Made by a program: the position numbers and the translations under genes. Under the pieces are notes generated by a model. The model had not been told where the DNA came from. It ran no database searches and saw nothing but the letters and a program-made list of their open reading frames with translations. Source: Paraspadella gotoi (Eukaryota; Animalia; Chaetognatha). Taken from it: DNA of 63,979 nt. Within the stretch, counting starts at the first letter, position 1, and each line of letters opens with the position of its first letter. The DNA lies in NCBI GenBank assembly GCA_051294375.1, contig CM119268.1:22325942-22389920 (forward strand), written 5' to 3'. Of this stretch, positions 12,901 through 27,164 are shown in pieces.

Positions 12901-14578
12901 TTAGACTCTTTTTTGAGTCTTCATCAGAGTTAAAGCTAAAAATTAAAATTTTATATATTAAATATAGTTTTTTTAATTTTTAACCCACTTAATGAAAGAA
13001 TATTTAAAAATGATTTATATTTTCTTTTTTCAACTTTTGACGAGGAATTCAAATCTGCAATCAAAATTAAGAAAAGCCTATTTTGAATTGTTTCGATTTT
13101 ATAAGGATAGTACTATATATAAATATAGCCTACTACGAAAATGGAAGAACATAAATTTTTTTTTTACAAATTAATGTCCACTGATGGTATGTTGTTCATA
13201 ATTGACATTTAGAATTTTTTGTATTTAACTTTCATTACGCTCTACTCAACAGTTATCGTTTACCTAAACGGAATTATGATAGCGACTGAGTTCGAAGAGG
13301 TACAATTAGGCGGCTTCCAAGCTCCCTCATTGGCTGAAAACAATCTGGGACCAAGTTACAAGCTTGTAGTTTACTATGTCCAAGTAAACAATTAAATTGA
13401 TTGAATAAATGATTGTTTTTTTTACCTTGGGTAAGTCAAATTGGTAATTAAAGTATTGATTTTGATTGATAATTGCCAAGATTTAAAATCCTTGAAGCCT
13501 GAGCGCCGCCACAGGGGACCTAAGTGATTGACCAAAAAAATATTGTACTTTACTCTTATACATCCTGGAAAAGAATGGGTTTTTTTTTTATCATACCGAG
13601 ATCCGAACTGTAATTACAGCTGTGAGAAGAATTGACTGTGTTGATTGCTGTTGTGGCCATAGTTGATGCCTCTGCCTCTGTTTTGGCTGTCATGTTTACA
13701 GTTTTATTTGGAGCTGTTGTAAATGATATTACGGTTGTTGCCGTCATTTCTGTTCGAATTAGGTTCATTTATTTTTAGTTCAAAATTAAGGATTAAGATT
13801 TAGGGTTAGGGTTCAGTATTAGGTTAGGGGTTAGGGTTAGGGTTAGGTATTGGGCTTAGGAATTGATTAATAAGTTTAAAAAAATATTTAGCTTAAGCAT
13901 TATTGCATGATTATTGCATGATTTAAAATTAAATTCTGACAAAAACGAACAAAAAGGGGCATGTTCGACAAAAAAAATCTGAAAGATGATTTATAACCGC
14001 TGGATTAAGCACCATCACAATCAAACTTTGCGGTCTCGGTCCCATAGCTGGACCAATGGACCCCGCTATTGTGACAGAGTCGACGTAAGCGCTCCACTGT
14101 GGATCTGAAGCCTCGAAATATCAATCGACGTAGACAAAGTTTGCAATAATTTGTTTCAATCATCTAAACTGAGAAATAAATTTGATTTACCGTTTAAGCA
14201 GGGACTTAGTTGGCTTGTCCATTTGAATAGATAAATATATTCGAAGACGAAAAATATAAACAGAGCTGGAGAAAAATTTGTCTAAACTTAATTATCTTGT
14301 TTTGTACAGTTTCCTGTTATTATAATAACGAAGGTTTAATTATTGTTTTCGGCAAGGACAATTCGAATTTTTATTCACAATAAAAAAAAATTATGGACAT
14401 GTTTCGGCTCGAGTTCGAGCCTTCATCAAATCGCCGTTGCCGAAAACAAAAGTTAAGCCATCGTTATAAATTCAAACGCAACGAAACAAAATTAGTTCCT
14501 TGTTCATACATCGTAATATTCCTCACCCCCATATGTCTGACCTGAAATGTTGATGATAGTAAATGTTGTCTTTTTCAT
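9917..14578 (-). CDS. GT7 beta-1,4-galactosyl/N-acetylgalactosaminyltransferase (bre-4/B4GALT-like), copy 2
   Basis: Exons 14578-14542, 14265-14191, 13749-13597, 13519-13426, 13344-13264, 12457-12333, 11951-11783, 10737-10604, 10531-10435, 10058-9917, with the same phases as the paralogs. Motifs VAIIIPFR, FNKGKLYNVG, FHDVD, YWAGGEDDD (one codon short), TMLTH, TDGLNS. Confidence 0.9.
10861..11427 (+). mobile_element. Tc1/mariner deletion derivative
   Basis: ~24-bp TIR CTATCTAGGA(A/T)AAAAGTATATAAC with TA flanks. About 11290-11354 encodes a decayed Tc1 transposase C-terminus (CESMPR*MQAVVDAEEGHSKY*). Confidence 0.8.
12537..13244. mobile_element. hAT-type foldback MITE, copy B, with nested insert
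   Basis: Same family as 2661-3275, 8-bp TSD CTCAACAG, and about 90-100 bp of extra sequence at its centre. Confidence 0.85.
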
Positions 14579-15837
14579 ATTCTATTTCGATTTTTGATCA
14601 CTTTGTCCCGAAGAGCGGAGATTAAAAAGCAAAAAATTCCATTTTCAAAAATTCTTTGGAACATTAAATCTGTAGGCTGTGGCAATATTTTTTAGTTGAA
14701 TTAAAAACTATTGTGGTATGAATTTAAAACTGGTGGTTTTTCTTGGAATATCTATTTAATTATTTATTATCTATTATATATATATATCTATTATCTATTT
14801 AATTATTTATCGTTATCGGATATATATTCATCAAGGCGGGCCAAAATTGAACACTTTTTATAACTTCTAGTTCTCTCAAAAATTTTTTTTCCCTTCTATT
14901 ACTAAATGGATTTTCAATGCAACTTTTTTAATTAGTTCAAAAATTATCCAAAGTCAGGAGCAAGATAGCTTACTTATAAAATGAATGAATAATTTTTATA
15001 TGGGTTGTACCATTTCATAGGTTAATTTATTTTTATCTTCATTATTAACAAAGAATGATAAGAATTAAAATTTAAAAACAAAATTCGGTCATGTTTCTCA
15101 TGATTTTGATTCAGTTGTCGACCGGATTGACCGGTTTTAGGACGAGGAAGTAAGCTGGAAGAAAACCGGATTGAGACGATGATCATGATGATAACAAAAC
15201 TTAAAATTCCCGTTATTAACTAAAAATATTAGAATTAATTTTTCTTTTTGATATAATAAGAGAACGGAACTCCCATCACTTGATGTCGTCAGGTTACTAG
15301 TAAATATGCGTTTGAGGATTCCAAATCTGTTTTTAAAATTGACCTACGTAGACGCGCATAGACGCGATATGCCTTGAAAGCAAGTTGTTTGGTTTGGTTC
15401 CACTTAAATTATTAGCTTCGGCTGAGTCAATTGGTAATAAAAAAATTTATTTTCTTTTATATCTTTTGAACCAAAAATTATGGGGCATCTTTTCCATGTA
15501 TTTTTTTAAAAATGTTTATAAAGAATTTTTTTAAATCTTGATCGGAATCTTAGTCAAAAGTATACAACTTTTGAAATAAATTAACACATTTGGCCACATT
15601 TAAAAAAATAAATAAATATAGATTCTGAAAGAGAAAAGATTGAATTATGTTTCTGATATAAACAAAAATTTTCTATACCTTCAAATGTTTATATAATTAT
15701 AGGATAAAGATTATCATTTTGTTGAAAACAAAAAAATTTAAAAAATTCATGTAGAAACCTGATGTTTCGATGTTTGCTATCTCTTTGTATATCGACCATT
15801 TTTTATTCGCACCGGACGTGTGTGCCATCAAGTTTAT

Positions 15838-15926
<89 letters not shown>

Positions 15927-16490
15927 TCCTTTGCCTCAACTCTCGGGGATTCGGAGATTTCGACAGAAGGCTCGTAGGGGATGCAATTCTTTAACGTGGA
16001 GAGACCTGTAAAGCTACTCAGAATATAACATCTCGAATCTCAAATGAATAAATGTAGAAAGTGATGAATAATTGATGAACGAATCGATGAACGAAGTTAT
16101 GAACGAAAAATTTAAACACACTAGAGATTACAGTCTTTCCGTGAAAGATTGATTGAATCCTGCAAGCCCTGAGAGGTGAAAAACGAATGTCTGTTCTTTC
16201 ACCTGCTAAGAAAGAAAGGTTTTAGGTAAGGAAGAGCCTGATAAGATTTCACCTAAAATGCTTTCAAGACATTTGCTATATTATCTCCTCAACGGAAATT
16301 CATAGTACAAAAATAATAATTTCTCATTTCATTAGTCAATTTTTTTCTATTTAAAGCAATTTAAGTTATTCAATTATTTCAATTATAAATGTCTTAGGTT
16401 ACAAATCAATCGATCTTGTGATAAATTGTCAATCAATGAAAGATAAATGATAAATGATAAATGATAAATTGTCAATCAATGAAAGAGTTA

Positions 16491-16913
16491 GGGTGGACTC
16501 AAAATCCACCAACCGTTCATCAGTGGCCATTGGTGCCGGAGGCAAGTCATTCGTCTCCCAAGGTCTGGGGTTCTAGCCCGGTGGCCGCCTAGCAGTTAAG
16601 AGGGCTGGGCTGCTTAACCCGCCTGTAACATGATGTTACAGCCTGATCCCAAGCTCAGGGACTGCTTATATAAAATTGTTCTGTCACTAACACATAATAA
16701 TAATTATTGTCTCTTCATTCTATATAAGCAGTCCCTGATCTTCGGATCAGGTTGTAACATCATGTTACAGGCAGGTTAAGCGCCCCGTCNNNNNNNNNNT
16801 AACTGCTAGGCGGCCACCGGGTTAGAGCCCCGGACCTTTGGGTTGGGAGACGAATGACTTGCCTCCGGCACCAATGGCAACTGAAGAACGGTTGGTAGAT
16901 TTTAGTCCACCAT
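16491..16913. mobile_element. Head-to-head pair of the structured ~230-bp repeat
   Basis: A minus copy is followed immediately by a 5'-truncated plus copy. Confidence 0.7.
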
Positions 16914-17315
16914 AGAGTCTTTCAACAACACAATGTCGTCTTGCTTTTGGCACCAAATGTGATGGTGACACCTTCATCGATAAAACACACGTAGTTCACT
17001 TCATGGGCGCCTCTGCCCACATAAAAAAACCACAGGTAGACCAAGCTGTGGACTCGTTGACTTGTCAAGCTTTTTTGCAACTTGGCCGGCGAAGCTTGCT
17101 CAGTCAATCTTTTTAATCGAATTTACCAAGCAAATCTCTTTTCCGAGTTTTCTGATTCGTGATTATCAAGGTCTTTAAACTTATTACAAGCATAAAGACA
17201 TATTGAAAAATCTAATAAACAAAACATTTCAAAACGCTATTTTTAAGAATAAAAAAAATAATTTGTTGTTCATTTTGAACGCATTTTTGCATTCTTGCAT
17301 TTTTTAAAATACACT

Positions 17316-18277
17316 TTAACTTGTCGTTTCATTTTTAACATCGACGAGGACATGAATGAAATCTTCGTTTTTGACGAGGTTTTCCACAGAAAATCCATCC
17401 AATGCGACGGAGTTGAGTCCATCTCGTAAAAACCGTTGCCTCGCTCTGGCAATCAATCTGAATCTACGAATATGAAGGTGGGGAAAATATGGCAGGTTTT
17501 AGGGGGGTTCATTTCGGTTTGAACTATGTTTGGTGGTAACATATGTAAACAAGTTTATATAAGTTTTCATTACAGGAATTACTCCACGCTAAATAACAGC
17601 AGTAACAGAGAAAAACCAAAAAAAAAAAAAAACAATTAACAAATAAGTAGAGAGAGATAAATAAGAGAGAGAGAGAGAGAACATTGAACATTTATCTGAG
17701 TGGGGCTTTAAACTGACTAAAACTTATGTAGAAGGTAAACGGTTTTCTGTTAATGGCAAGTAATTTAGATTTTTATTTTTATCGAGCCTACCGGCGAAGC
17801 CGGTTCATGCTCGATATTGATTCGGGTGAGCTTCTTTGTGACGTCGTCGTCGTCGTCGTCGTTGTCGTCGTCGTCGTTGGATTCAAATATTTTTTGTTTG
17901 AATTTCCACTTCATTATGATTTACAGCAATATGCAAATGAGAGAGATTTTTTTGTCAGCTGCTGCCTTTTCTGAACCCTTTAAAAACGAGTTATGGCTCT
18001 GCAGTGACTGTTCAGCTGCCTTCCAGCGGCTGTCCAGCTTTCTATCTCTTTCTCTCTATTTCTCTCTCTGTCTCTCTTTGTCTCTCTGTCTCTCTCTGTC
18101 TCTCTCTCTCTCTCTGTACGATCTCTTGCGTGATCGTTTTTTGAAAAATTTTGATTATTTTTTTCCTTTTAAAAACTTTTATTATCGCCATTTATTCCGC
18201 GCTTTTTTCTCAATGCAAAATCCCAAATTTACATCCGAGATTTTCGTGGATTTATTCTCTTTCTTTCTCTCTCTCTT

Positions 18278-18319
<42 letters not shown>

Positions 18320-18633
18320 ACTCATACACGCATTTGTTTGATTTATTTATGATGAATGATTCATTGCGTCAATGAATGACTATCATCGCATCAATGAATG
18401 ACTATCATCGTATCAATGAATGATTATCATCGCATCAAGTCCATCAACTATTTGGTTATTATCACATCAATCATTTGGTTATCATCACATCGATCATTTT
18501 GGTTATCATCGTATTAATATTGGTTATCATCGCATCAATCATTTGGTTATCATCGCATCAATCCTTTGGTTAATCGCATCAATATTTGGTTATCATTGAA
18601 GGTAGGCTCGATCCTATTCTTTTAAGATTTTTT

Positions 18634-18664
<31 letters not shown>

Positions 18665-21600
18665 CAAAGGTAAACTTTAGGTCAATTAAAAATAAACCAA
18701 AAAGAGAAAATTTACTTCTAAAAGTTAAAAGAAAGAAGTAATTAAGGGTTGCCCCCCCCCCTCCCCGATACTTTTTAAAAGTCAATGTTGTAGAAAACAG
18801 GATTTCAAATCATCAGTTTTCACCAAAGATTAATTATATTCCCCTCGGTCTCGTTCGCTATCGAAAATAAACATCGTTTCACCTTTTAAGATTGGCGTTT
18901 GGCCATCGACTCGTGTGCTGCAGCATCGTGAAATGATAGATTAAGTTGCTCGTGGCTTCGCGTATGATCGGATATCCTGGGTTTTGTTTCGTATTTATTA
19001 AAACGACTCATTTTTTTAATAATAATTAATATTATAAAAAAAATATCTAGAACCGGCAGAGAGGATTCTGATGCCGAAGTCGTCGTCTTCTCCGCCCCAT
19101 CCCCAGTATCGATTCGAGAATCCGTTCGTCGCCAAGTATTGCTCTTTCGTTACGGCCATAATGCCTCCGACCATGCGATGGTACATCGGCCTGATAACAT
19201 TTTTTTTTTAAATGATATTTGAAAAAAATTTGAAAGTGTGGCGGTATATTCACACCGCCTCACGTCCACCATCCGTCAGCCAAATCCATTGGCTCAGAGG
19301 GGGAACACACCATCCCAGGCGTAGTGTTCCATCCACAGTCCTAACGACTTCCCTCTGCGTTGGCAAAGCGAGACCGTCCTAGTGTAACCGCGCCAGTGAC
19401 TGGATGCGTCATTGAGGGCCGGAAGCCCCCAAAGCCAACAGTGAGATCCCGCATCCCAATGGGCATCAAAGGCAACCCGGCTGTTGCCATAAGTGGTGAG
19501 CCCTACTATCGAACACGCAACCTTCTCAGGGTACGCTACGACAAACGCCTATGCCCTCCGACTTCGGGTACGCTACGACAACGCCTATGCCCCTGGGGTA
19601 CGCTATGACAAACGCCTATGCCCCCACAACTCGCGCTCTCCTCTTTCTCTCCACTATGGTAACAGTCTTGTCAGACACCTCTCAGGCTTGAGGAACCTGA
19701 GTAATGTCTTGGCCCGGGGATCCTGTGGCGGTATATTCACACCGCCTCACGTCCACCATCCGTCAAGCCAAATCCATTGGCTCAGTGGGGGAACACACCA
19801 TCCCAGGCGTTAGTGTTCCATCCACAGTCCTAACGACTTCCCTCTGCGTTGGCAAAAGCGAGACGTCCTAGGGTAACCGCGCCCAGTGACTGGATGCGTC
19901 ATGAGGCGGAAGCCCCCAAAGCCAACAGTGAGATGCCCCATCCCAATGGGCATCACAGGCAACCCGGCTGTTGCCATAAAAGATCTTTTTCCGATAATAT
20001 TTTTTTTACGAAAACCGTTTTGAACTATTTCCGAAATAGAAGTTACAATTACGTCGCTTCATTTAATATCTTATCAGAACCAAAAGGTTTTTGCTTATAC
20101 TAAGCTGAATTCTCACAAACTCAAACGGTGCTTTGTGAAAGATGTCAGATTTAATATTTTCTAAATTTCCTGAACTCGATTAGTATTTACCAGTTACCGC
20201 CTTAACTTCTTCATTGTATCAATACATAATCCAAATAGTTCCACTACCCCAAACTTGAAGTTACACACATTCTTACGGAACCGAAATGCCATAAAAAATA
20301 CCCTGACCTGTATCCGAGGGTGTCCACCATCGCCCCAAAGTGTTTCGGCCCCTTTTCATCGCATTGATAGAGAATTCGCTCGTCCTCAGGTACGAGATCC
20401 ACATCGTGAAAGAAGAAGCAGTTGATGTCTGGTCGCATTGCAACAGCGGAAAGGAATCCAACGTTGTTCAATCTGCCTGAATTTGTAAAAAAAAAGAATC
20501 AATAAGTAAATCTGGATGAAATCCACTTTCCATTTGTTGATCTTTTGGCCTCCAACCATAAAACGTGAAACCTTAAGGGAGGAAGAAGGAGCAAAAAAGG
20601 CAATGATAAAGCAGTTCTCTGTGAGACGCCTTTCAGCATAAATAAATCAATACAGGTACCTATTTATTTTTCAGTATTAGACGGTATCAATATGTGTTAC
20701 TTATTAAGCATCAGTCCACTTTGTAACTTATCCGTACAGGTGAACACGATTTGATAAGGAACTATGTGGGCTAAAGATTACTATTCGCGACTTCTTTAAA
20801 CCCTTTAGTAGCCATGGAACAGGTCTTGCGATAGAATCCAGTCTTAGGGGTTTATCCACTCCCCCAATGGGTTTAGTTTTACGGCCGCGTTCACGCTTCC
20901 CACAAAGAGTAGGCACCGAATTAGGATTCAACGCGATACCTTGAGGTTATTAACTCAAAGATTTACTCAATGAGCTACCGGGTCACATCATTTCTGAGCG
21001 GAGTGAACCTTACCAATGCCGGCAACAAACCTTTGTTGAACCTCTTGTTCTTGTCTCCTCCTTGTTCGATGACAAAGACTTGATAGTCGATTTTCTGTCG
21101 CTGAAGAAGAGGATGAAGAATTTTGAGGAAGAGTCGAAGATGTTCCTCGCGATTTCTGAAATGTAAAATGTCTGATAATTTATTATGTGTTTTTATGTAT
21201 CTATTTTATTGTAGTTTTATTTAATTTATTTTATTGTATGGTCTTCCAAAGCAATAGAAGTATGAATTAAAAAGAATTTAAATTTTAAAAAAAATATTAT
21301 TATTATAGTTATTATTATAATAATTATTATTATTATTATGATTATTAATATTATTATGGTGGACTAAAATCCACCAACCGTTCATTAGTGGCCATTGGTG
21401 CCGGAGACAAGTCATTCGCCTCCCAACCCGGTAGTTGCCTAGCAGTTAAAGCGGGACGGGGCGCTTAACCCGCCTGTAACATGGTGTTACAGCCTGATTC
21501 GAAGCTCAGGGAGTGCTTATAATCAATAATTACTGTCTCTTCATTATTAATATTAATATTATTACTTTTATTATTTTATATCCTTTAATGCCTCTTTTTT

Positions 21601-22768
21601 CGGTTATCAAATTGTTTAACCCAGTATTTTGTAACTCCTATTTTCAAAGACATCTCACAATTAAAGATTTATGTCACTGCTCATTTAATTATCAAAAATC
21701 CAGCTTCTCAGCCACTTAGTAGCAATCATAAGCACTGTTTTATAGCAATGAGAGTATCTTTTTCACCTGTACGGAATTATAAGGGCGACTGTACTTGTTG
21801 CATTGCAATTTCTTGGTTTCCAAGCTCCTTTGTTAGTTGAGTGTAATCTGAGACCATGAGAGATAAGAATAGGTAAAGTGTGATGGTTATATTTTAATAT
21901 CACAACTGCTTTGTCTATACCTCAGTAATTTGGTGAAGTTTGTATTTTGATATCGGTTTTTAATGTGCCACTTCCAGGATTTTAAGTCCTTAAATCCAGA
22001 CCGTTGCCAAATCGGTCCTGGAAGGAAAGACGGAAGGTAAGGCTCAAGGCTCAATCACAAGCCCAATTAGCTCATTGACTTCCTACCTAGATCTCCACTC
22101 ATATGACAATTTGGTAGATTGTCAGAAACGTTGAGGACGAACGTGGGGCTAAAAATAGAAACGTTGGATGTTGCGGACGACTGGAGCAATGAGTTCATTG
22201 TTTTCACTGTCAAAAAGAGTAAAATGGTCAATTTTTTTCAGAATTAAAACTCTGTCAATTAATATATATATTTAGTATATAAAATTATCCGTTCATTTAA
22301 TGAATAAGTAATCTTGAAGATAATAACATAGTCTCGGGAACTGTCAAGTTATTAACTCCCAGAGCACAAAGTTTTTTCATCGAAGAAGTGGTATAATGTT
22401 TTTCATGTTTTCATTACATTTTATTATATAAATATTTTGGAGAAAACTCACTTTGTAATTTGATCCATTTTATTCTAAATTCTATTGTGAGGGTGTCTTC
22501 CGGGAAAAAATAGTCGAGAGTAAAAATGAGAAATAGACCTAATAAAAAAGATTTTTTAGCCACGAATTAGTCAAATTTACAACTTTGCAACTTGTTAATT
22601 TTTAAATACTTTACTTGTCAAAAGTAAGTCAAAAATAAATGTTAAAATGAGTTTTAAAAAAATATTTATTATTGATAATATTAATCAATTAATTAATTAA
22701 TTAATATCTCTTTGTCTCTCTCTCCTACCAAAAATTGATGCCGCGATAAATTTTCTTCTTATCCTCAT
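17316..22768 (-). CDS. GT7 beta-1,4-galactosyl/N-acetylgalactosaminyltransferase (bre-4/B4GALT-like), copy 3
   Basis: Exons 22768-22729, 22538-22452, 22206-22087, 22017-21921, 21847-21767, 21155-21031, 20476-20308, 19190-19054, 18976-18883, 17463-17316; open throughout. MRIRRKFIAASIFGLFLIF transmembrane segment, VALIIPYR, FHDVD, YWGWGGEDDD, TMLQH, RDGLNS. Confidence 0.92.
19237..19978 (+). mobile_element. TRIM-like miniature LTR retroelement
   Basis: ~255-bp direct repeats at 19237-19491 and 19724-19978 (TGTGGC…GCCATA), 4-bp TSD AAAG, PBS-like TGGTGAGCCC at 19494, and a ~230-bp non-coding interior. Confidence 0.85.
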
Positions 22769-23152
22769 TTCCTTTTTTCCTCTAAGAAAAGTTTTTCACT
22801 CAATTTCGTATTTTTTTCCGGCTCAAAAAGGGAAAATATGTTTTGGTGGTTTGATTGGTCAGTCTAGAAGGTTTACGTGCCAAAGTTGACGGTTTAAAGG
22901 CCAGAGTTAACATTTGAAAAGCCAAATTTCATGGTTTGAAGGCAAGATATGATGATTGATTGGCCAAATTTGACGGTTTAAAGGCCAACGTTAATGGTTG
23001 AAAGATCAGAGAAAGTTGTTCAAAGGCGCGAGTTGACAGTTTAAGATTTTAAGGTTAGATGGCCAGTTTTGACGGTTAAAAGGCCAGAGTTGATGGCTGA
23101 AAGACCTAAGTTTACGGTTAACGGGCAGGAGTTTAAATGCTGATAGTTAATA

Positions 23153-24090
23153 TAGAGTGTCTCAAGCGTACTGTCACTTTACAAATGAATACAGTCAATA
23201 AATACAGTTATAAAAAATTTATTTACTGCACTCGTTGGATTCAGAAATCATTATTTTTGAAAATCAAACGATTAGATCACATTTTATCAGCACTCAAAGT
23301 AAAAGTCGATATCTCTTCTGTCTATTTTAAAATATTTAAATCTTTCCTACTACCCTTAAAATTATTTTTCAGCTACTTAATCAAGTATTAATATGTTGCT
23401 ACGTGATATTGAGGGTTAAAGGCTTTCCTGAACGATTTTCACGATAGTCCTTCCGGATTTGACAATATTTGACTGGTTTTTACTTGAGAGAATATTACGG
23501 ATATGCAGATGGTTTTATACAAACATTTACATTAGCAATACACTGACACGTGAGCTGTAGGCTGCTTGAAAATAGTTTTAGAAGTAAAAAGTACTCTATG
23601 CTTCCAAGTTCCAACATCATTTGCTGAAAGCCAATCATACTAAATTTGCAACGTTTATCAATTTTCTTAATCAGCAGCCATGAAAACAAATTTTGTTCAC
23701 TATCAATGAATGATTCTTTAAATCTTTTCTTCTGAAATCATCATCATCGTCAATCATCTTCAATCTCCAAAACTCTTCGTCAAGAGCACAATAAACAATG
23801 TAGCCTACTGTAATAAAACACACACAAAATAAATCTTTTTTAACCAAAAGCTGGACAACTATTCAAATTTGATATCACCTAAATTTTTTTAGCAATTGTT
23901 AAAACGAAAATCCCATCTAATTTAAATTGAGCATTGTATGAATAAAAATGCAAATAAACATGATGAAGGAGATACCCAAAAAAAAACTGTATGAACTTAT
24001 CTTTCCAGTGGTTTTTTCAAATTTTTAATTCACCTTACCAATTTCATACCGCGTTCATTTGTAAAGTGACAGTACTCTTGAGACACTCTG
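23153..24090. mobile_element. Tc1/mariner-type non-autonomous element
   Basis: ~37-bp TIR (C/T)AGAGTGTCTCAAG(A/C)GTACTGTCACTTTACAAATGAA with TA TSD. It interrupts a degenerate ~21-bp tandem repeat that continues on both sides. Confidence 0.85.
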
Positions 24091-24671
24091 TAGTTGAGAG
24101 GCCAAAGTTGGTTTTAAAGAAAAGAGTTTTTTGGTTAAATGAAGAGAATTGACAGTTGAAAGCCCAGAGTTGGCGACTGAAAAGTCAGCGTTGACGGTTA
24201 AAAGGCCAGTGTTGACGGTCAGTCAAGTCTATTGACAGAACAACGTTGACAGTATAAGCTTGAAAGGCAGGTGACTCGTCTTGAAGTGCGCACGATGTTG
24301 TTCCAAGTTTTTTTTTTTTATAGAATGTTTCATTTCGTGTTTCTCATTCTCCATCCGCGATATTTTTTTATCGTTTCGATTAAATTTCTTTTTCTGTTTT
24401 CAAATTTAAACACTACTTAAAATTTACAAAAAAATGGTGATTTATGGAAATTCATATTTCAACTTTTAACTATTTTAATAAATTTTTAAATCTTTTTAAT
24501 TATAATAATTAGAATAAAATCTTATATAGTTTTAAAGTTATAAATCGATTAGGTTTCAACCTTCGATCGCTTTCGATCTTTGGAACAAACATGAAAAAGT
24601 TTTGGGTCAATCATTCGTCGGCGCGATCTTCCTTCCGAGACGATGTCGTGCGTGGCGGAGACGAACGACGA

Positions 24672-25052
24672 TGGGCGAAGGGCCAACGGCGAAGGGCCAA
24701 CGGCGAAGGGCCAACGGCGATGGGCCAACGGCGAAGGGCCAACGGCGAAGGGCCAACGGCGAGGGCCAACGGCGAAGGGCCAACGGCGATGGGCAACGGC
24801 GAAGGGCCAACGCGAAGGGCCAACGGGGCGAGGGCCAACGGCGAAGGGCCAACGGCGAGGGCCAACGGCGAAGGGCCAACGGCGAAGGGCCAACGGCGAA
24901 GGGCCAACGGCGAAGGGCCACGGCGAAGGGCAAACGGCGATGGGCCAACGGCGAAGGGCAACCGGCGATGGCCAAATGGCGATGGACCAACGGGATGGGC
25001 AAACGGCAAAGGAGGGGCCACCGGCGAAGGAAGGTCCAACGGCGAAGGGCCA
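24672..25052. repeat. 14-bp GC-rich minisatellite
   Basis: Unit GGGCCAACGGCGAA; it accounts for the overlapping ORFs in all six frames. Confidence 0.9.
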
Positions 25053-25774
25053 ATGGTTAAAGGCGAATATTTGAGGAGCAGGATGTTTGAATGGCAAAAG
25101 ATTGAGGCTTATGGCAAAGATAATATGTGTGGCAAAGGTGTGCGGCAAATATGAAAGATGTAGACAAATGCAAAGTGCAAATGGAAAAGACAAGTGGTGT
25201 CGATTAATGACGAAGACAAATGGCAAGTGGCAAGGTGAAAACAAACGTCAATGATGAACAGTGAAGACAAAAGGTGAATAGTGAAGAAGAAGAGGAAGAC
25301 GACTGGAGAAAATGAGCGGCGACGACAAAATGCTCGTGTGAACGGCGAATTGCGAAGACGAGGGGCGAAGACGAGCGGCGAAGACGAAATGACTCATTTT
25401 GCCCCGAAATGACAAAGACATCGTCTTCACATTCGACCCAAGGGTGAAAGATAATTTTCCCTCTTAAAACTTTTAATTCAATTTCGATCCGACGAAGGGA
25501 AAAAAAAAGGCCTTATTTTCCCAGGACGCCCCATTTTATGTTAATTTTGGAATTAGGTTTTATTTTTTAGTTAAAAATTAGATTAAAGGTTAAGGTTAGG
25601 GACTAGATGAGGGATGAGGTTAGTGATTAAGGTTAGGGATTTTGGTTAGGGACTAGTATTTAGTGGTAAAGGATAAGGGTTCAGGATTAGGTTAGATTTA
25701 AGGATTAGAGTGAGGGATTGGTTAAAACATTAAAGTTAAAATTAAATTCTGGGATCAACGAACTGAAAAAAGGC

Positions 25775-25811
<37 letters not shown>

Positions 25812-26925
25812 GAAAAAAAACTTTTTGAAGGGCTGGATAAACTAATTAGGTTTTTTTGTTTCTCTCTAGATATTTTTATTTTTTTATAATTTTAATTTTC
25901 TTTTTATTATTATCGATTCTTTGTGTGTTATTTTTTTAAAATATTACTAGCTCGCCTCGTCGTTTGGAAAATGGAGAAAACAAAGTTGCTTCAAAGGCAC
26001 GGTAGAAAAAAAACTGGTTTTGTAAATGAAAACCTGCTTGGAGAATGTGTCCCCTTGATTGTTATGCGAGCTGGAAAAAAAGAGATTGAAAGAGAGGTAA
26101 TTTATTAGTTTCGACGCGAGTACTCGCGGAGTAACTCGGCTACAGGAATTCCGAAAACTATGAAGAATAAAATACAGAATTTTGATGCTGTGCATGTCAT
26201 AAATCTGCGGGCAAAAAAAAAATTATATCATGACATGTCATGACATATGATGTGATCAAAGGGAAATACACGTGAAAATAAAGTCACAAGTTAAAATTTT
26301 AGATATGGCTTCTCATCTTTAAGATCTTTGCAATTGTTATGTTTCATATGGATTCAAGTATTTTTTGTTTTAATTTCTTTCTCATTATGATTTACTGCTA
26401 TATGCATTTTTTTTAATAATATGCAAATTAGTATATAGAATACTATATGCTAATGTGAATATTGCAGTAAATCACTTTTACAACTTCCAATTGAAAAAAA
26501 CACTTTCCAGTTGTAAACGGTTGTTTCTTTAAATTATATATATATTTCTCTTTCTTTTGTCAGGCGCTGCCTCTTCTGATTCGTCTAAAAATGAGTTCAG
26601 CTCTGCAGTGGTTGGACTTCTCTTTTTCTCTTTCTTTCTCTCTCTCTTTCTTTCTCTCTCTCTCTCTCACTCATACACGCAATTGTTTTTTTTTTTTACG
26701 ATGAATGATTCATCGCGTCAATGAATGATTATCATCACATCAATGAATTACTATTACATCAACCAGTCAATTACTATTACATCAATCAATTACTATTAAA
26801 TCAATAATCGCATCAATCGTTTTTTTTTATTTTTTCACTATACTTTTATGATTTTTATTATTATTTTCCATCGTCTTTTTTCTCAATACACGCCCTACCT
26901 TATTCTCTGAGTTCTTATTTAAAAA

Positions 26926-27120
26926 TAGTAGAAAAAGTTTGAATTTTAATTCGACAACTATTTTATTTCAAATGAAACGTAAATATTTCGACTCTTAGAC
27001 TCTTCATCAGCGTCATTAAAAACCTAATAACGCTGATGAAGACTCGCACTAAGAGTCGAAACTTGAACGTTTCATTTGAAATGAAATAGTTGTCGAATTA
27101 AAATTCAATCTTTTTCTACT
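26926..27120. repeat. Foldback pair of Penelope-type hammerhead-bearing fragments
   Basis: ~90-bp inverted arms. The right arm has CTGATGAAGACTC…GAGTCGAAAC but lacks the GUH cleavage triplet. Confidence 0.6.
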
Positions 27121-27164
27121 AATCACTACGCAACGAAAGAAAGGAAATAACACAACACCATTGA

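Noticed and set aside
24549-25244. Six overlapping ORFs, or a CRISPR-like array
   Set aside because: This is a 14-bp minisatellite with no unique spacers, in a eukaryotic context with no cas genes.
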